A stretch of DNA of 64,000 nt from Nematostella vectensis. Lineage: Eukaryota. Both the position numbers and the translations under genes were made by a program. The notes beneath the pieces were generated by a model. The model was not told the DNA's origin, searched no databases, and saw nothing but the letters and a program-made list of their open reading frames with translations. This document shows, piece after piece, positions 47,973-60,033 of this stretch. The stretch's first letter is position 1, and every line of letters starts with the position of its first letter. The stretch covers positions 6,321,459-6,385,458 of the forward strand of contig NC_064039.1 of the NCBI RefSeq assembly GCF_932526225.1. The letters are read 5' to 3'.

Positions 47973-50900
47973 ATGTCACTTTTGTTCACGTTATTCAGCC
48001 TTGATCAGTATTCCGCCGCCAACCTATGTATGAATGTATTAGCGCCGGACATGGCAGCCAATTTGAAACTCGCGATGTTTTTCATCGCTTTTATCGCTGG
48101 GTCTTGGATGGGGAACCTCAATGCCCCTCATTACTATAATATAAGAGGCTACTCAGCGTATTCGAGAGTTACCGTGAGGAATTTGCTGCCTTGGAGGCTA
48201 AGATTTGCCAAGTTTTCGTTCAGGCCGATTAGCATATGGCACAAGCGTGGACATATTTCTCTTCTTCATCCGTTCCCGCCAGATTTGACAACTTCAATGG
48301 ACGTCGGATGGAACCCGGGACCAGACAACTTAGATCACTGTCCAGTCCGCCGGAAATATATACGATGCAGGGCCGGGAAAAAGGTCAAGGAAAGACTAAA
48401 CAGCAAAGTTTACAAGATTCCTGTTGTTATTTCAAATTAGTCACGCAATGGCTATCACGAAAGGAAAACGACACGAACGCAAACTCTCTCGTTGATTAAA
48501 CCTTTCTCAAGACCCACTGCTCCTAGAATAGTCCCAAAGTGCATGGTTCTTAATGCCAGATCTCTTGCCAAGCCTGACGCAGCCCCGGCTCTTTATGCTG
48601 AGCTGAGCTCAAATAAGATCGACATATGCTTCGTCTCTGAGTCATGGTTGAATAAAAAGATTCTATCGCACTTGATCTGCCCTGATGGTTATGTGATGGT
48701 GAGGAAGGACCGAGCGGATCTCATAGCTGGTGGAGGGGTTGCAATCATCTTCCGAAATGATTGGAAGATCAAAGTGCTCAATGTAGCTGCTAGTTTCGAA
48801 TCTGAGACTGTTTGGTGCATAATAACAACACCAAACTCGGAATTTTATGCGGCTAGTATATACCACCCTCAAAACCCAGTCTATGATGCAGCTGAATTAC
48901 TTGACTTCATGTCTGATACGTGTGACCAGATTTTACTGGAGAACCCTAATGCTAAGATCATCATAGCTGGTGATATAAATCAGTTGAACATTAGTGAGTT
49001 TACGCGTCAACATGCATTACACCAAATGGTAAAGGTCCCCACCAGGGGAGAATGTATTCTGGATGTCTTTCTCACTAATTATCCTTTCCTATGGAAACAT
49101 GGCTCAGTGAACAAAGGTCTTGTAAGATCCGACCATCTTGTAGTCACTGTACCGCCATTGGCCCCTGTTACACCCAGCAGAAAATATGTCAGCCTCAGGG
49201 ACACACGTGACCATAGGAAGGTTGCTATGGAATCGAAATTAGAGATTTCAAAGCTGAAGTGGGCTGAAGATTTCAACTTTGAGAATCCTGAGGAATGCGT
49301 ACGAGCTTTGAATGACGGGTTGTGGAATTTGTTTGATCAAAGTTTCCCCTGTATCAAGGTCAAAATGTCATCCAGGGACCCACCCTATATGTCGCCCTTG
49401 GTCAAACATCTCTGTAACATCAGGAACAAGACTTCACGGTTCCGCAGCGAGGCTGAGAACGCATAAACCAGGTGATGTCTGTTCAGAATGAAAGCAAGGA
49501 ACACTCTAGGGGCTCCAAGGGGTGGTGGGACGTAGCGAATAGGATTACGGGAAGGAAATCGCAGGGGATTCCTGTTAGTATGGTGTTACAGCCTGATGAA
49601 ATTAACACCTATTTCCAGGCCATTAACACGGATGATGCATATAAAGCTCCGGCGCTAGTGCCGATACCTGAGGGTTGCAAAGTCCCTTCTATCGACGAGC
49701 ACGCAGTAACAAATCTCTTAATTCATCAAAAGAGAACTGCTTCTGGGCCTGATGAGTTCCCATATTGGCTCTGGCGGGATTATGGCCATCACCTGGCACC
49801 TGTCATTACCAAAATCTTCAACAGTTCTCTGAAACATCAAATGGTCCCTTCCCTGTGGAAACTAGCTAACGTGACACCCATTCCCAAAGAATCGCCATTG
49901 CACGAATGCAATCAGTTACGGCCTATATCATTGACTAACATCATAATGAGAATCTTCGAAAGGCTGGTCTGCAAACAATAAGTGTCATCTGCTCTGAACT
50001 CACAAATACGATCGGATCAGTTTGCCTATAAGCAAGGCCACAATACCACCATGGCCTTGCTTAAGTGTCAGCACCATTGGCTAAACTGGTTAGACAAGGA
50101 CGTTGACTTTGCCAGAGTATTTTCTTTTGATTTTAGCAAGGCCTCGACTCTGTTTCCCATGAGATAGTATGCAGAAAGCTAAAGTCCTATGACATTAATC
50201 CTTATGTCATTAACTGGATTGTTAGCTTTTTGGGTAACCGTAAACAAAGGGTGGTGGTGGATGGAGTGTCAACGAAGTTTGTCGAGATCGACAGAGGTGT
50301 TCCTCAAGGGACTGTGTTGGGACCTGTCTTGTTTTCCATTATGGTGAACGACATTATCCCGGTCAACCCTAGTAAGATCCTCTTGGTTAAGTACGCCGAT
50401 GACATCACGCTGAGCATTCTTCAACGACATAACTCTGCTGATTTATCTTCAGTTGAAGTTCAGAATATCAAGAATTGGTCAAAGGAAAATCGGATGACGC
50501 TAAATCTCTCCAAAACATGGAAAATGGTAGTCAGGGGGAGGACAAAGAAGCCCATTCCAGAACCTGAACCAGACATAAGTAGGAAAGAGGAACTTAAATT
50601 ACTAGGCGTGACGTTCATGAACAACCATGTAATTGGGACACTCATTTTGAACAAATGATTTCTAAGGCCAGCAGTAGGTTATACATTTTAAGAGTTTGTA
50701 AATTTTACGGATACACCCTGCAAGAACCCACTCTTTTGTTTGACAGTCTCATTATGTCCCTGTTCTACTATGCTAGTGAAGTCTGGGCCTGTGCATACGA
50801 CAGCAAGTATTTATTGCAAGTCGATCGTTTTTGTAAGCGTGCTGCTAGATACGAGTACACAACCAGTTACACACCAATTGCAGAAATAATTAGAGATAGG

Positions 50901-51109
50901 GACGTCAAACTATGGGAGAGGATAACATCAGATGACAACCACTGCCTGAGTTGCATGCTGCCGAAACGGAAAACCCGCAGCCTGAGGAAAAGGGGGCATG
51001 ATTTTATCTTGCCGCAAGTAAAGACTGAGCGTTTCAAACGCTGTTTTGTAAATAATGTCTTTTTAACCTTATTTAGTAGAGAAGTATATAAGTAATTAGT
51101 ATATAAGTA

Positions 51110-51172
<63 letters not shown>

Positions 51173-51175
51173 GAG
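47973..51175 (+). mobile_element. Non-LTR retrotransposon (LINE). It has a possible ORF1/5' region (47973-48440), an APE endonuclease ORF (48492-49466), a reverse transcriptase split over four frameshifted ORFs (49472-51095) and an (ATT)n tail. It lies in LRRC56 intron 7, in the sense orientation.
   Basis: The endonuclease ORF carries exo/endo/phosphatase motifs: DICFVSESWL, GGGVAIIF, IIAGDINQ, RSDHLVV. The RT motifs are PISLTNIIMRIFERLV, FAYKQGHNT, GVPQGTVLGPVLF and YADDITLS. Frameshifts and stops make it a degenerate copy. The 5' boundary is uncertain. Confidence 0.9.
51107..51172. repeat. (ATT)n microsatellite of about 20 units following AATTATT. This is the LINE 3' tail.
   Basis: attattattatt... 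run visible at 51110-51170. Confidence 0.95.
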
Positions 51176-51774
51176 CTCCATTGAGCGAGAGAATGAAATT
51201 TTACTGTGAAAATTGAATACAAAGCGTTCAAAATAGAAGACAATAGATTTGCTACTCTCAATGACACTGTGGAAGATTATGTAGAAAGTCTTGAAAACAA
51301 GAATACAAAGGGAAAACCCGAGCGAGATGTAAGGCTGTTAAAACGCTATCTAAAAACCACAGTCTCGTGCGTGACATTAGCGAGACATTCATTTCAATGT
51401 AAGTTTCTGTCTGTCTGAACCGTCGAACAGCACAAACCTCGGAGCCTCTGCAGCCAAGTCTAATAAAATGTTATGTAATAAGCTTATTATAAATTTCTCA
51501 GTATGTATATTATGAACAAAATACAGCATGGAAAAGTGCTTTGTACAGTTTTTATTCACTTGTTGTTTTGTATTAAAAAAACTCACTTGTTCGCTGCGCT
51601 CACTCGTTCGTTTTTTGATACTGCACAACACGTGGATAAAAAAAGTCGCATGAGAAACCATTTGATACATAAGCTACGATATTGTACTGTATATTAGCTA
51701 CCAGGTACCAGCCACACATCATATTGAATCTAATGTTTCAAATAAATTCTCTAACTGTATGATTTTCTCCCCAG

Positions 51775-51926
51775 AACATTCAGAATTTCAAGCCTGCACT
51801 TGCACCATTCTCAGACTACATTCCCATTCACATCCCTGAGAAAAGTTTTGAGGATGATACAAGTGATTCAATCTCCAAAGACGACATCTTTGAAGAGCTC
51901 AGACAATGGCGACAAGAATACTCCAA
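51775..51926 (+). CDS. LRRC56: LRRC56 exon 8 (candidate)
   Basis: Acceptor ctccccag|, donor AA|gtatgt. Protein: NIQNFKPALAPFSDYIPIHIPEKSFEDDTSDSISKDDIFEELRQWRQEYS, compare human ..DSSDFLALAGLRAWREHG. It is in phase with exon 7 (0 to 0). Confidence 0.55.
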
Positions 51927-52029
51927 GTATGTGCGATGGCATTAATTGAAACCCAAGATTAATGCAAAATTACTACAACAAACATAGAGGACAACTACAG
52001 TACATATAGAAGACATCCATGGACATTCT

Positions 52030-52900
52030 CTACTATACGCATAATTTTAAGTCCTAAGGAGGTCCAACTCTATATTGAACCCATTTTTCAGTCCCAAGGA
52101 TATCCGTTTAATGGAGGTCCAACTGTATATTGAACCCATTTTTCAGTCCCAAGGATGTCCATTTAATTTAGGTCCAACTCTATATTGAACCCATTTTTCA
52201 GTCCCAAGGATGTCCGTTTAATGGAGGTCCAACTCTATATTGAACCCATTTTTCAGTCCCAAGGATGTCCGTTTAATGGAGGTCCAACTCTATATTGAAC
52301 CCATTTTTCAGTCCCAATGATGTCTGTTTAATGGAGGTCCAACTCTATATTGAACCCATTTTTCAGTCCCAAGGATGTCCATTTAATGGAGGTCCAACTC
52401 TATATTGAACCCATTTTTCAGTCCCAAGGATGTCCGTTTAATGGAGGTCCAACTATATTGAACCCATTTTTCAGTCCCAAGGATGTCTGTTTAATGGAGG
52501 TCCAACTCTATATTGAACCTATTTTTCAGTCCCAAGGATGTCCATTTAATGGAGGTCCAACTCTATATTGAACCCATTTTTCAGTCCCAAGGATGTCCAT
52601 TTAATTTAGGTCCAACTCTATATTGAACCCATTTTTCAGTCCCAAGGATGTCCATTTAATGGAGGTCCAACTCTATATTGAACCCATTTTTCAGTCCCAA
52701 GGATGTCCATTTAATTTAGGTCCAACTCTATATTGAACCCATTTTTCAGTCCCAAGGATGTCTGTTTAATGGAGGTCCAACTCTATATTGAACCCATTTT
52801 TCAGTCCCAAGGATGTCCATTTAATGGAGGTCCAACTCTATATTGAACCCATTTTTCAGTCCCAAGGATGTCCGTTTAATGTAGGTCCAACTGTTTACCG
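52030..52900. repeat. 56-59 bp satellite of about 15 copies (ggtccaactctatattgaacccatttttcagtcccaaggatgtccgtttaatggag) in an LRRC56 intron
   Basis: Head-to-tail copies with minor variants (gtccatttaatttag versus gtccgtttaatggag). Confidence 0.9.
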
Positions 52901-54169
52901 GACTCCCCCATATTAAGGTCTTGGTAAAGGTAAATTTGACACCACTGTTTTTGTGGTTTTTGCAAAACCTGTATCAATAGTTCTTAAACTTTATTTTTGC
53001 AAAATTTTTTTTTACCATAAATCGCATTCTAAGACGGCTAAAATGGGCCTTTGCTGTTTCCCGTGACCTGTTGACCGTGTATTCACGCCAAATCTTTGAC
53101 TTTTCTATCGTATTATTTTGAGGCGAGCATGTCGGGCGTAACCTCGCGACGGATTTTAAGATATCGCCTTCAAATTTTCGGGAACTGATAGTTAATTATG
53201 CCATGTCATAAAATGTGTGAGGAATTTTCGACTGAAGATCGCTTTTATAGCACTTTTCGAGTCCAAATTTCGCCAGAAGTGAGACTTCCAACTTTGATTT
53301 GTGATATTTTGTTGACAGTGTCAAATAACAAAAAGTCCTCATACACTTTGGTAGATCATCTATCTGTCATTGAGATGCAATTACGTGCAAGTGCATGCGC
53401 AATAACGCGAAGGTGCATTACGCTCTAGAGGAAACTCCGTACTTTTGAGTTTGAGGCCTCAAAACTTAAACACGGAATTAGCTATTGCAAAAATAAAACT
53501 TGCAGGAGATAATTCAATTTTTTATCTTTTATTTGATATATAGTTTGTACATGTAGTAAAAATTGCGGCGCGACAATATTTTTATTCCGCGGACACGTCG
53601 TTTTCATCTACCGAGACCTTAAAAGATGCATCAAGTTTTCTAAGAATGTCTACCCCAAAAGCTTAGCTTGTTAAAGTGGCAATCGCACCAGTTTACTTAC
53701 GGTCAATAACGCAACAATCTCCGAAACACAGAAGTTGTAAAAGCTATGTGTCAATTTGAAAATTCTTCGAGGATATGACTGAAAATTTAGAGTGGATGGC
53801 CTGTTAAATAGCGCGGGCTCTAATATATTCTTTTGTCGGTTGAGGTGTCCGTCTGTCGGTCCGCCTGAAGTAAACTGATGCGGTTGCCGCTTTAGCAGGC
53901 TGTACCTCTGGCTTCACAGTAGCAAACTGCCCGGGTTACTATCAAATACAAAAATATAAAAATATGTAACAAACATATCTATACATATTTGCTATTTTTT
54001 GTGCAGGATGTTTGCTGACGAAGAGGTTCTCGTTAGGTATGTTAATGACGCAGAAATCGTTGTTATTATAGTTTGCTGTTATTGCTTTCTAGAATAAATT
54101 CATGAAGACAACGAGCTGTCTTGCGTATACTTTCCTACGTGTTATGCAGTGCCTTATCAGGCCTCGAAA

Positions 54170-54335
54170 TATTGGTGGGGGGGGGGGGGGGGGGCACAAT
54201 ACAGAAACATTAAGAAAATATTGGGTTGCACAGCCATGCACGTACACGTCATTTCCTTATATTTTTTTAAATATTGAGGGTGGGGTGGGGTGGGGGTGGG
54301 GTGGGGGGGGGGGGGGGGGGGTGGGGACGTGCTAC
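54170..54335. repeat. G-tract element. A G21 tract and a G-rich block ((GGGGT)n plus a G23 run) flank a 70 bp core related to 26940-27000.
   Basis: ggtggggggggggggggggggggcacaatacag...attgggttgcacagccatgcacgtacacgtcatttccttat...gggtggggtggggtgggggtggggtggggggggggggggggggggtgggg. Confidence 0.6.
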
Positions 54336-54522
54336 GTCCCTGAATGTAAAGTCAAGTTATCGTAATCTAACTCGTCCTCCTCAGCTTATTCTCTAAAGCT
54401 TGACGTTCAATTTTATTCTTGTTCTTTTATTTGTTTATTTATTTAATTAGTTGTCTATTTATTTGTCTGTCCATGTGTTCGTTTGTTTGTTTATTGTTTT
54501 ATTTGATTGTGTATTTATTCAG

Positions 54523-54735
54523 TGACTCGCCTCCCAGCTCACCCAGGACGGACGGCAGTTCAACGTCCCAAACAACTTCACCCTCATCCCCACCACAACA
54601 CTACACCCCCTCCCCGCCCTCGTCCAGCCACGGAAGACAACGCCCTTCCCAGCTTCGCCGCTCTCTCCCTAACCCACCCCTGTTGGGGAAAGAGATTCAG
54701 AGACCGAACACTGCAGCAGAATTTCGCGTAAGAAG
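54523..54735 (+). CDS. LRRC56: Candidate LRRC56 exon 9 (Ser/Pro-rich C-terminal low-complexity region)
   Basis: Acceptor tattcag|, donor AG|gtatga. Both ends are phase 2, consistent with exon 8. Protein: SDSPPSSPRTDGSSTSQTTSPSSPPQHYTPSPPSSSHGRQRPSQLRRSLPNPPLLGKEIQRPNTAAEFRVR. It resembles the human LRRC56 C-terminal S/P-rich tail. Assignment to LRRC56 is inferred. Confidence 0.45.
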
Positions 54736-54979
54736 GTATGACATCAGCTCGCATTTGGAAATGCCTAGCTGTCATATTTATTTGAGAAGAGTGAAGCCTG
54801 GATCATATTCTAGCTTTGAATTCTGACACTGGGGTGCGTCAGAAAAAATGATTTCACGGCTGTCTTTATATTACGGCAAATTGTTGAGGCTTCTCGTGTT
54901 ATGTTATTATTTTCATAAAGTTTTTGTTTTCTCCTCTTTATCCTTTCTTCATGCTACCCACCAGATGCTTTTGTCTTAG

Positions 54980-55177
54980 GTTTCGTCACACATCTGCAGA
55001 AGAAAGTATCGAGAACTTCAAGATGAGAACCTTGCACGGGGATGAGTGTTTTGACATGGATAAAAACAACTCCACCCTTTCACTGGCTACCAGACTCTCT
55101 GCGTCCCTGGAGGCCGAGCAAGGGACTGAACCGAGGTCGTCATCGGCGCCGGTCAAGCCCTTACGGTCACGCTACAG
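54980..55177 (+). CDS. LRRC56: Candidate LRRC56 exon 10
   Basis: Acceptor ttgtcttag|, donor AG|gtacga. It is phase 2 to phase 2 and in frame with the previous exon. Protein: (R)FRHTSAEESIENFKMRTLHGDECFDMDKNNSTLSLATRLSASLEAEQGTEPRSSSAPVKPLRSRY. Confidence 0.4.
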
Positions 55178-55599
55178 GTACGAGGGGAACTTGATGCTAA
55201 CAGTGAATAACATTCGATGCCTCAAATTTAACATACAAATATGATCGCATGAATTAAAAAAATGATAATATAATACCCAGAGGCTATTATCACTTGCCCT
55301 TTCTGTGTCGAACGAAAACGACGGTTGGGTGTCGAAGAACAAGTGATCGCCGATAGACACGATGCCGATCGCGTTGCTTTTTTACCGACCTTTCGCGAAA
55401 TAAAGTCGGTCCACTCCCCCTTGTTTTGCATACAATGCTGCATACAACTGCACTAGACACCAGGGCCTCTCGGCAACATAGCTTTCATCTATCTCAGAAA
55501 TACTGTTCCCTCGTCTGGCACTGCTTTAAAACAATTACTCACTAAACACGTTTGATTTTTAACGACAGCGCCATCCCGTTATCACGTCCTTGGTGTTAG

Positions 55600-55800
55600 C
55601 AATACTTCACAGAGGCGGATCTAGGTATAGCAGGGGCGCATCCAGGGGTCCCAATAAGGTGGTACGAAGCAAGGGTTTCAAGGAAAGGGGGGTCGGATTC
55701 ATTGTTTTTCCGTGGATTTTTTTTTGTATCTCTTGTCAGTTCTGAGCTGAATACTTGAAAATGGGGGGGGGGGGGGGGGTGGGAGGGAGACTGGTGCCCG
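55600..55800. repeat. G-tract element (G18 run plus flanking G-rich sequence)
   Basis: gaaaatggggggggggggggggggtgggagggagactggtgcccgctcggcaaaccggtccggc. Confidence 0.5.
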
Positions 55801-57129
55801 CTCGGCAAACCGGTCCGGCAATGCCTTACACAATCGAACCTAACCTGGCGGTTATTGTTTAATTCCTCTTGATGTCCAGTTTGCGAGCTCACCCAAGACT
55901 CATTTACCATTCCACATAGGGTTCTACCCAGCACGCCAGATACGCAGAGGGAGGGGAGGGCTTCCCCGGCGCCTTCCCCGGGCGAGTCGCCGACACCGCC
56001 TAAACCCGAACTCAACTACCGTCCGGGAACAGCGGCTGCAGCATTGCAAAAACGACGAATACGGCCCAACAAAAAGCTATAGTCAGCTACATTGCATTTA
56101 AAGTTAACTCTTTCATCTCCAAATGTGGTCAACTCGTAAAATCTTCTCACATGATAATGATGGCTGTTACGAATAGAAGCATAAGATGAGGAATAGATAA
56201 GGTAGCCGAACATGTAGCAGCGTAATGAACTGCGAACCTCAACCAAGGAATTCCACAAATATAGAACACATATGGGTGTCAGGTGGCGTAAACATGAAAC
56301 TACTTTTGTTAATCAACTTTTTCAAACATTTTTTCTAGTTGTCTCGCTTGTCAGTCTCATTTGACTGTTACATGTTTCCTTTATATTATTCTGAGATGAA
56401 CCAACATTCGTTATTGCAGCAGCAAGGTATAGCTTAAGGAGGGTGAGAGTGTTAATTTTGGTGGTTGTGTATGTAGCTAGCTCATGAAGATGGGCTATGG
56501 TGCGTCGTAACCAAGCACATTCAGGGTAAGGTAGTCAAGTTTTTAAATAGTGTTACAGTACTGCTGCGGTGTTACACAGTAACATTATTCAGTGTGTCGA
56601 AGGTTTTTTTGTGAGAAAGGAGGCAGTGTTTACTGACACGTGATATCCGACACCGACTCAAAGACGATGCACTTCGTTTTACCCACGCGTGAAGTGTTCC
56701 AGACGCGTGCTAACACCTAATGTAGACGTGCTTCTAACACGCTGCTGTAGCCTGCTTAAAGACAGTGCAATGCGTTTTTATATCGCAGAGAAAACGCCGA
56801 ATTTACAAGAGTTCACGCCCTAAGCTAGTTTTCGCACATTTAAGATGTTGGCCGCGCTTCTGGATCACTTCATTCGTGAGGGATCGTTGTTCATCTCGCG
56901 GTGCTAATCCTAGGTCCTTTTGTAATTTTGAAGTACCAGGACATTGTACAGTATATCCTTGTAAATATTGCCGTGCTTTAGGCCAAGATTTGGATTGTTT
57001 ATATGTTTAAAAAAATGCTTTAAAGCACGTTTTGAGATTAAAGTAAATGAAAAAGTGTGTTTTAACCTATTGCTTAATTTTTGTATTCTCCATTGATGCT
57101 GGGTCACATTTTATTACAAGTTTCATGAC

Positions 57130-57400
57130 GAAAAGGGGAGTTGAAGGAAGGGGGGTTGGGTAGGTGGTGGTATAACCCATTCTCCCAAAAAAGTGACAAT
57201 GTACATTTAATGACAATGACATTTAGAAGCTCCCTTATAGAATAAAAAGTTGTACCCCTTCTGGGCTCTCTTGTAGGATGTGGTATAACCCATTCTCCCA
57301 AAAAAGTGACAATGTACATTTAATGACAATGACATTTAGAAGCTCCCTTATAGAATTAAAAGTTGTACCCCTTCTGGGCTCTCTTGTAGGATGTGAGGGC
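57130..57400. repeat. Two tandem copies of a roughly 120 bp unit
   Basis: ggtggtataacccattctcccaaaaaagtgacaatgtacatttaatgacaatgacatttagaagctcccttatagaat.aaaagttgtaccccttctgggctctcttgtaggatgtg occurs at 57160 and 57280. Confidence 0.85.
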
Positions 57401-58239
57401 ATGGTGGTCTTATTGGAAAGGTGTGGTTTTAATGTTGTTATTACCTCCTTGGTGTGTAGTGTTTACAGAATCTTCCACCAAGACCGTCAATAAGCCGTGG
57501 GGCTCGGCATCCATGCGTTCGCATTTATCGCAGAAGAGGGATAGGCCAGACGAGTCGTATAAACAACAATTTAGGCTGCTAACTTGGAATGCCTCATGAG
57601 GCACAGATCACGGCACTAATTTTGTCACTAACGAGCAAGGATGATGCTTACGCAAATTGTGGAAACGATAATTTGTTGCAAGGTTCGCCAGGAAATATTA
57701 CCCTTCTCTCAGAAGTCTAGATTGACATTTGAAAATCTTGAAAACATTGCGCAAAGCCCAACCAAAGAGCAGACGTTTAAGCGAAGACCTTAGTTCATGA
57801 TTACAAAGATGCATTGCGGCTAACTCGCACCATCATCTCTCCTTAGTTGGATTATCTAAGCTCGATTTCAAAGTGCTTTGATAAGATATCAGTAAAAGAC
57901 AGATGGTTATCAAGAAATAAAACTTGTGAAAATCTGGGAGATGATAATATATTACATTTTCTTTCTAGGCGATTAATTCCTTGATTACCATTCGTGCATT
58001 TAAAGGCATCCTTAAAAAATACTATTTTTTCACAGATTCAGCATGGTAAATGATGTTGAAAATAATCTTTATACCGAATACCTATTTCTGTTCTAAGCGC
58101 TTTACCAATATTTGAGATAAAGATAACCGGTATAAAAATACGAAACCTATATCATTCCCTTTGCTTGGCGTCAAACTCAAAAATACTTTCGTATTCGATA
58201 ACTCATCTCAGTATTCAAGAATACAATATCCGCAAATTG

Positions 58240-58375
58240 AAAATCCACTCACCAGTAATTTTAGCAATCGCTAGGAGAGAAGGGTCGCCCGAGAGGGAGG
58301 GTACAGCTTTAGATGGCTGCGAGCGAAAGGGGAGAAAGATAACATTTCTCCCCCCCCCCCCCCCCCCCCTATAGA
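58240..58375. repeat. C-tract element (C21 run), reverse-orientation member of the poly-G family
   Basis: gagagggagggtacagctttagatggctgcgagcgaaaggggagaaagataacatttctcccccccccccccccccccctatagacacggtcc. Confidence 0.5.
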
Positions 58376-59799
58376 CACGGTCCATTTTCTTCTCTGCGCG
58401 GAACCATTGTAAAAAGTCCAAAATATGTACGCCATAAGCAAATCTTTCGAAAAAAAAAACCATTTTTTTAAATCACCAACAAAGGCATGAAGAATTCCGT
58501 TTGCCTAGTTGTAGCCTGCCATGGATAAAAAAGCTGAAATTAAAAAAAAAAAAAAACAAATGAATGAGAAGATCCGCCAGAAAGTGAGCTAAAAAAGCGC
58601 TAGCTAAACTCACCCAGATTCATGAAAGCAAAGACTGTACGAAAAAAGACTTGTATAAAATAACATATAGCAAATTAGTGATAAATGGAAATTATGAGCA
58701 GATTTATCCAATTTTCTATTTAGGATTAGAAGGAGTTTTAATTTGTTTTTATAATGTTTATGGTAAACTATTTGAGTTTGAATTGACAACTCGCCACTAC
58801 ACCAGAACAGCTCATTCTGGCTTTCTAGTATGATGATACGGGTTCGAGTTTCTGGTGCGTGCTATTGTACTGTATTATGAAATTTAAACCATTCGAAACA
58901 CGCGAATAATTTAAAGGAATGATAGGATTTCCCTGTACTACTTCCCAAACATCATTATCTATATGGCTAACTGATGTTTTGCCAAACAAAACAAGAGTTT
59001 AATTAGGTCTAACGTTCCGTATGATCTCATCTATACCGCATTTTCAAACGTTTGACGCCTAGGAAAAAACGCAAAAAAAAAAAACGCAAGGCCTGGTTTA
59101 CGAGGTCCAATATTTCATTTTCATTTGTTTCTTATGTGCTCTACTGGAGAGAGCATTCATAACGGGTAGTGGAATAATAATACACACTTCATGTAAACAA
59201 GTCTACTGATAAGTATGAGCTCCTAGAGTTTCATCTCAACACCTCAAACATTGCAGCAAGAGCAATCGCAATGATCTTGGATCAAACGCGTCACTTTGGA
59301 CATCGAAATACGACATGGTTCAAGTACGACTATTGTTTTCTTTGTTGCGTTCGTCTCAAGTCTGCGGAAAAACGCTAAGGCTGATTTTGAGGGCTTTTGA
59401 GCGCTTGTTTTATGTCGCGTGCAAGACCCCTCTAGACAGGTGGTCTGAGGCTGAGTGTGCCTGCACTGCATTATGGGACTCGTTGCCGGCCGCACTGAGA
59501 TCAGAGGAACTCATATTGTATCTTGTTCATTTGGGAACCACAGGTCAAAAATAAGGCCGCAAAAAATCCCCTCGGAACTAGCGTCAAACCCCAAATGGAC
59601 TTCAACACCTTGTAGGAGGAATTAAGCACCTATGTAGCTCCTAAAGATGCGATTGTCAACCTCGAAACGAGGATTTTAGCTCGTTGAACGGCTCTGGTTG
59701 ACATGACGGTATCGCCGTAAAAGCCATGTAAAAACCCGTAGAAGTTGGACTATTATATCTGGTTCCTTGTGGGCTTCGGTGTTTTAGCGAATCGCCAAG

Positions 59800-60033
59800 A
59801 TGATGTGCGATATTATGCCGACCATATCCGAGGACCCTCCAGAGATTCAATTCGGACAAAATGAGGAAACGAATTTCGAACAACTAATGGTTAATATGTT
59901 GGACGAACGGGACAAACTCATGGAGACATTGCGAGAGACACAAGACTCTTTGGCTTTGACCCGTTCGAAGTTGAACGATTCCCAAAAAGAAAAAGACAGA
60001 TTAATGGCTCATTTAGAATCCGTCCTTGCTCAG
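59800..60033 (+). CDS. PPFIA: Liprin-alpha (PPFIA family), first coding exon
   Basis: Protein: MMCDIMPTISEDPPEIQFGQNEETNFEQLMVNMLDERDKLMETLRETQDSLALTRSKLNDSQKEKDRLMAHLESVLAQ. Compare Drosophila and human liprin-alpha MMCDVMPTISED...FEQLMVSMLDERDKLMDSLRE..Q..L......L......KERDSLQRQ....LPQ. Donor CAG|gtaaag. The next conserved exon (EFAALTKEL) is not in the window. Confidence 0.85.

Noticed and set aside
47973-48440. 155 aa ORF upstream of the LINE endonuclease as a host gene
   Set aside because: It has no recognisable domain and is directly contiguous and co-oriented with the LINE ORFs. It is more likely the LINE ORF1 or 5' region, so it was kept within the mobile-element call.
55596-56015. 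Minus-strand 139 aa ORF with a poly-Pro/Gly low-complexity region
   Set aside because: It overlaps the G-tract repeat element and is compositionally biased, with no splice signals, so it is an artefact.
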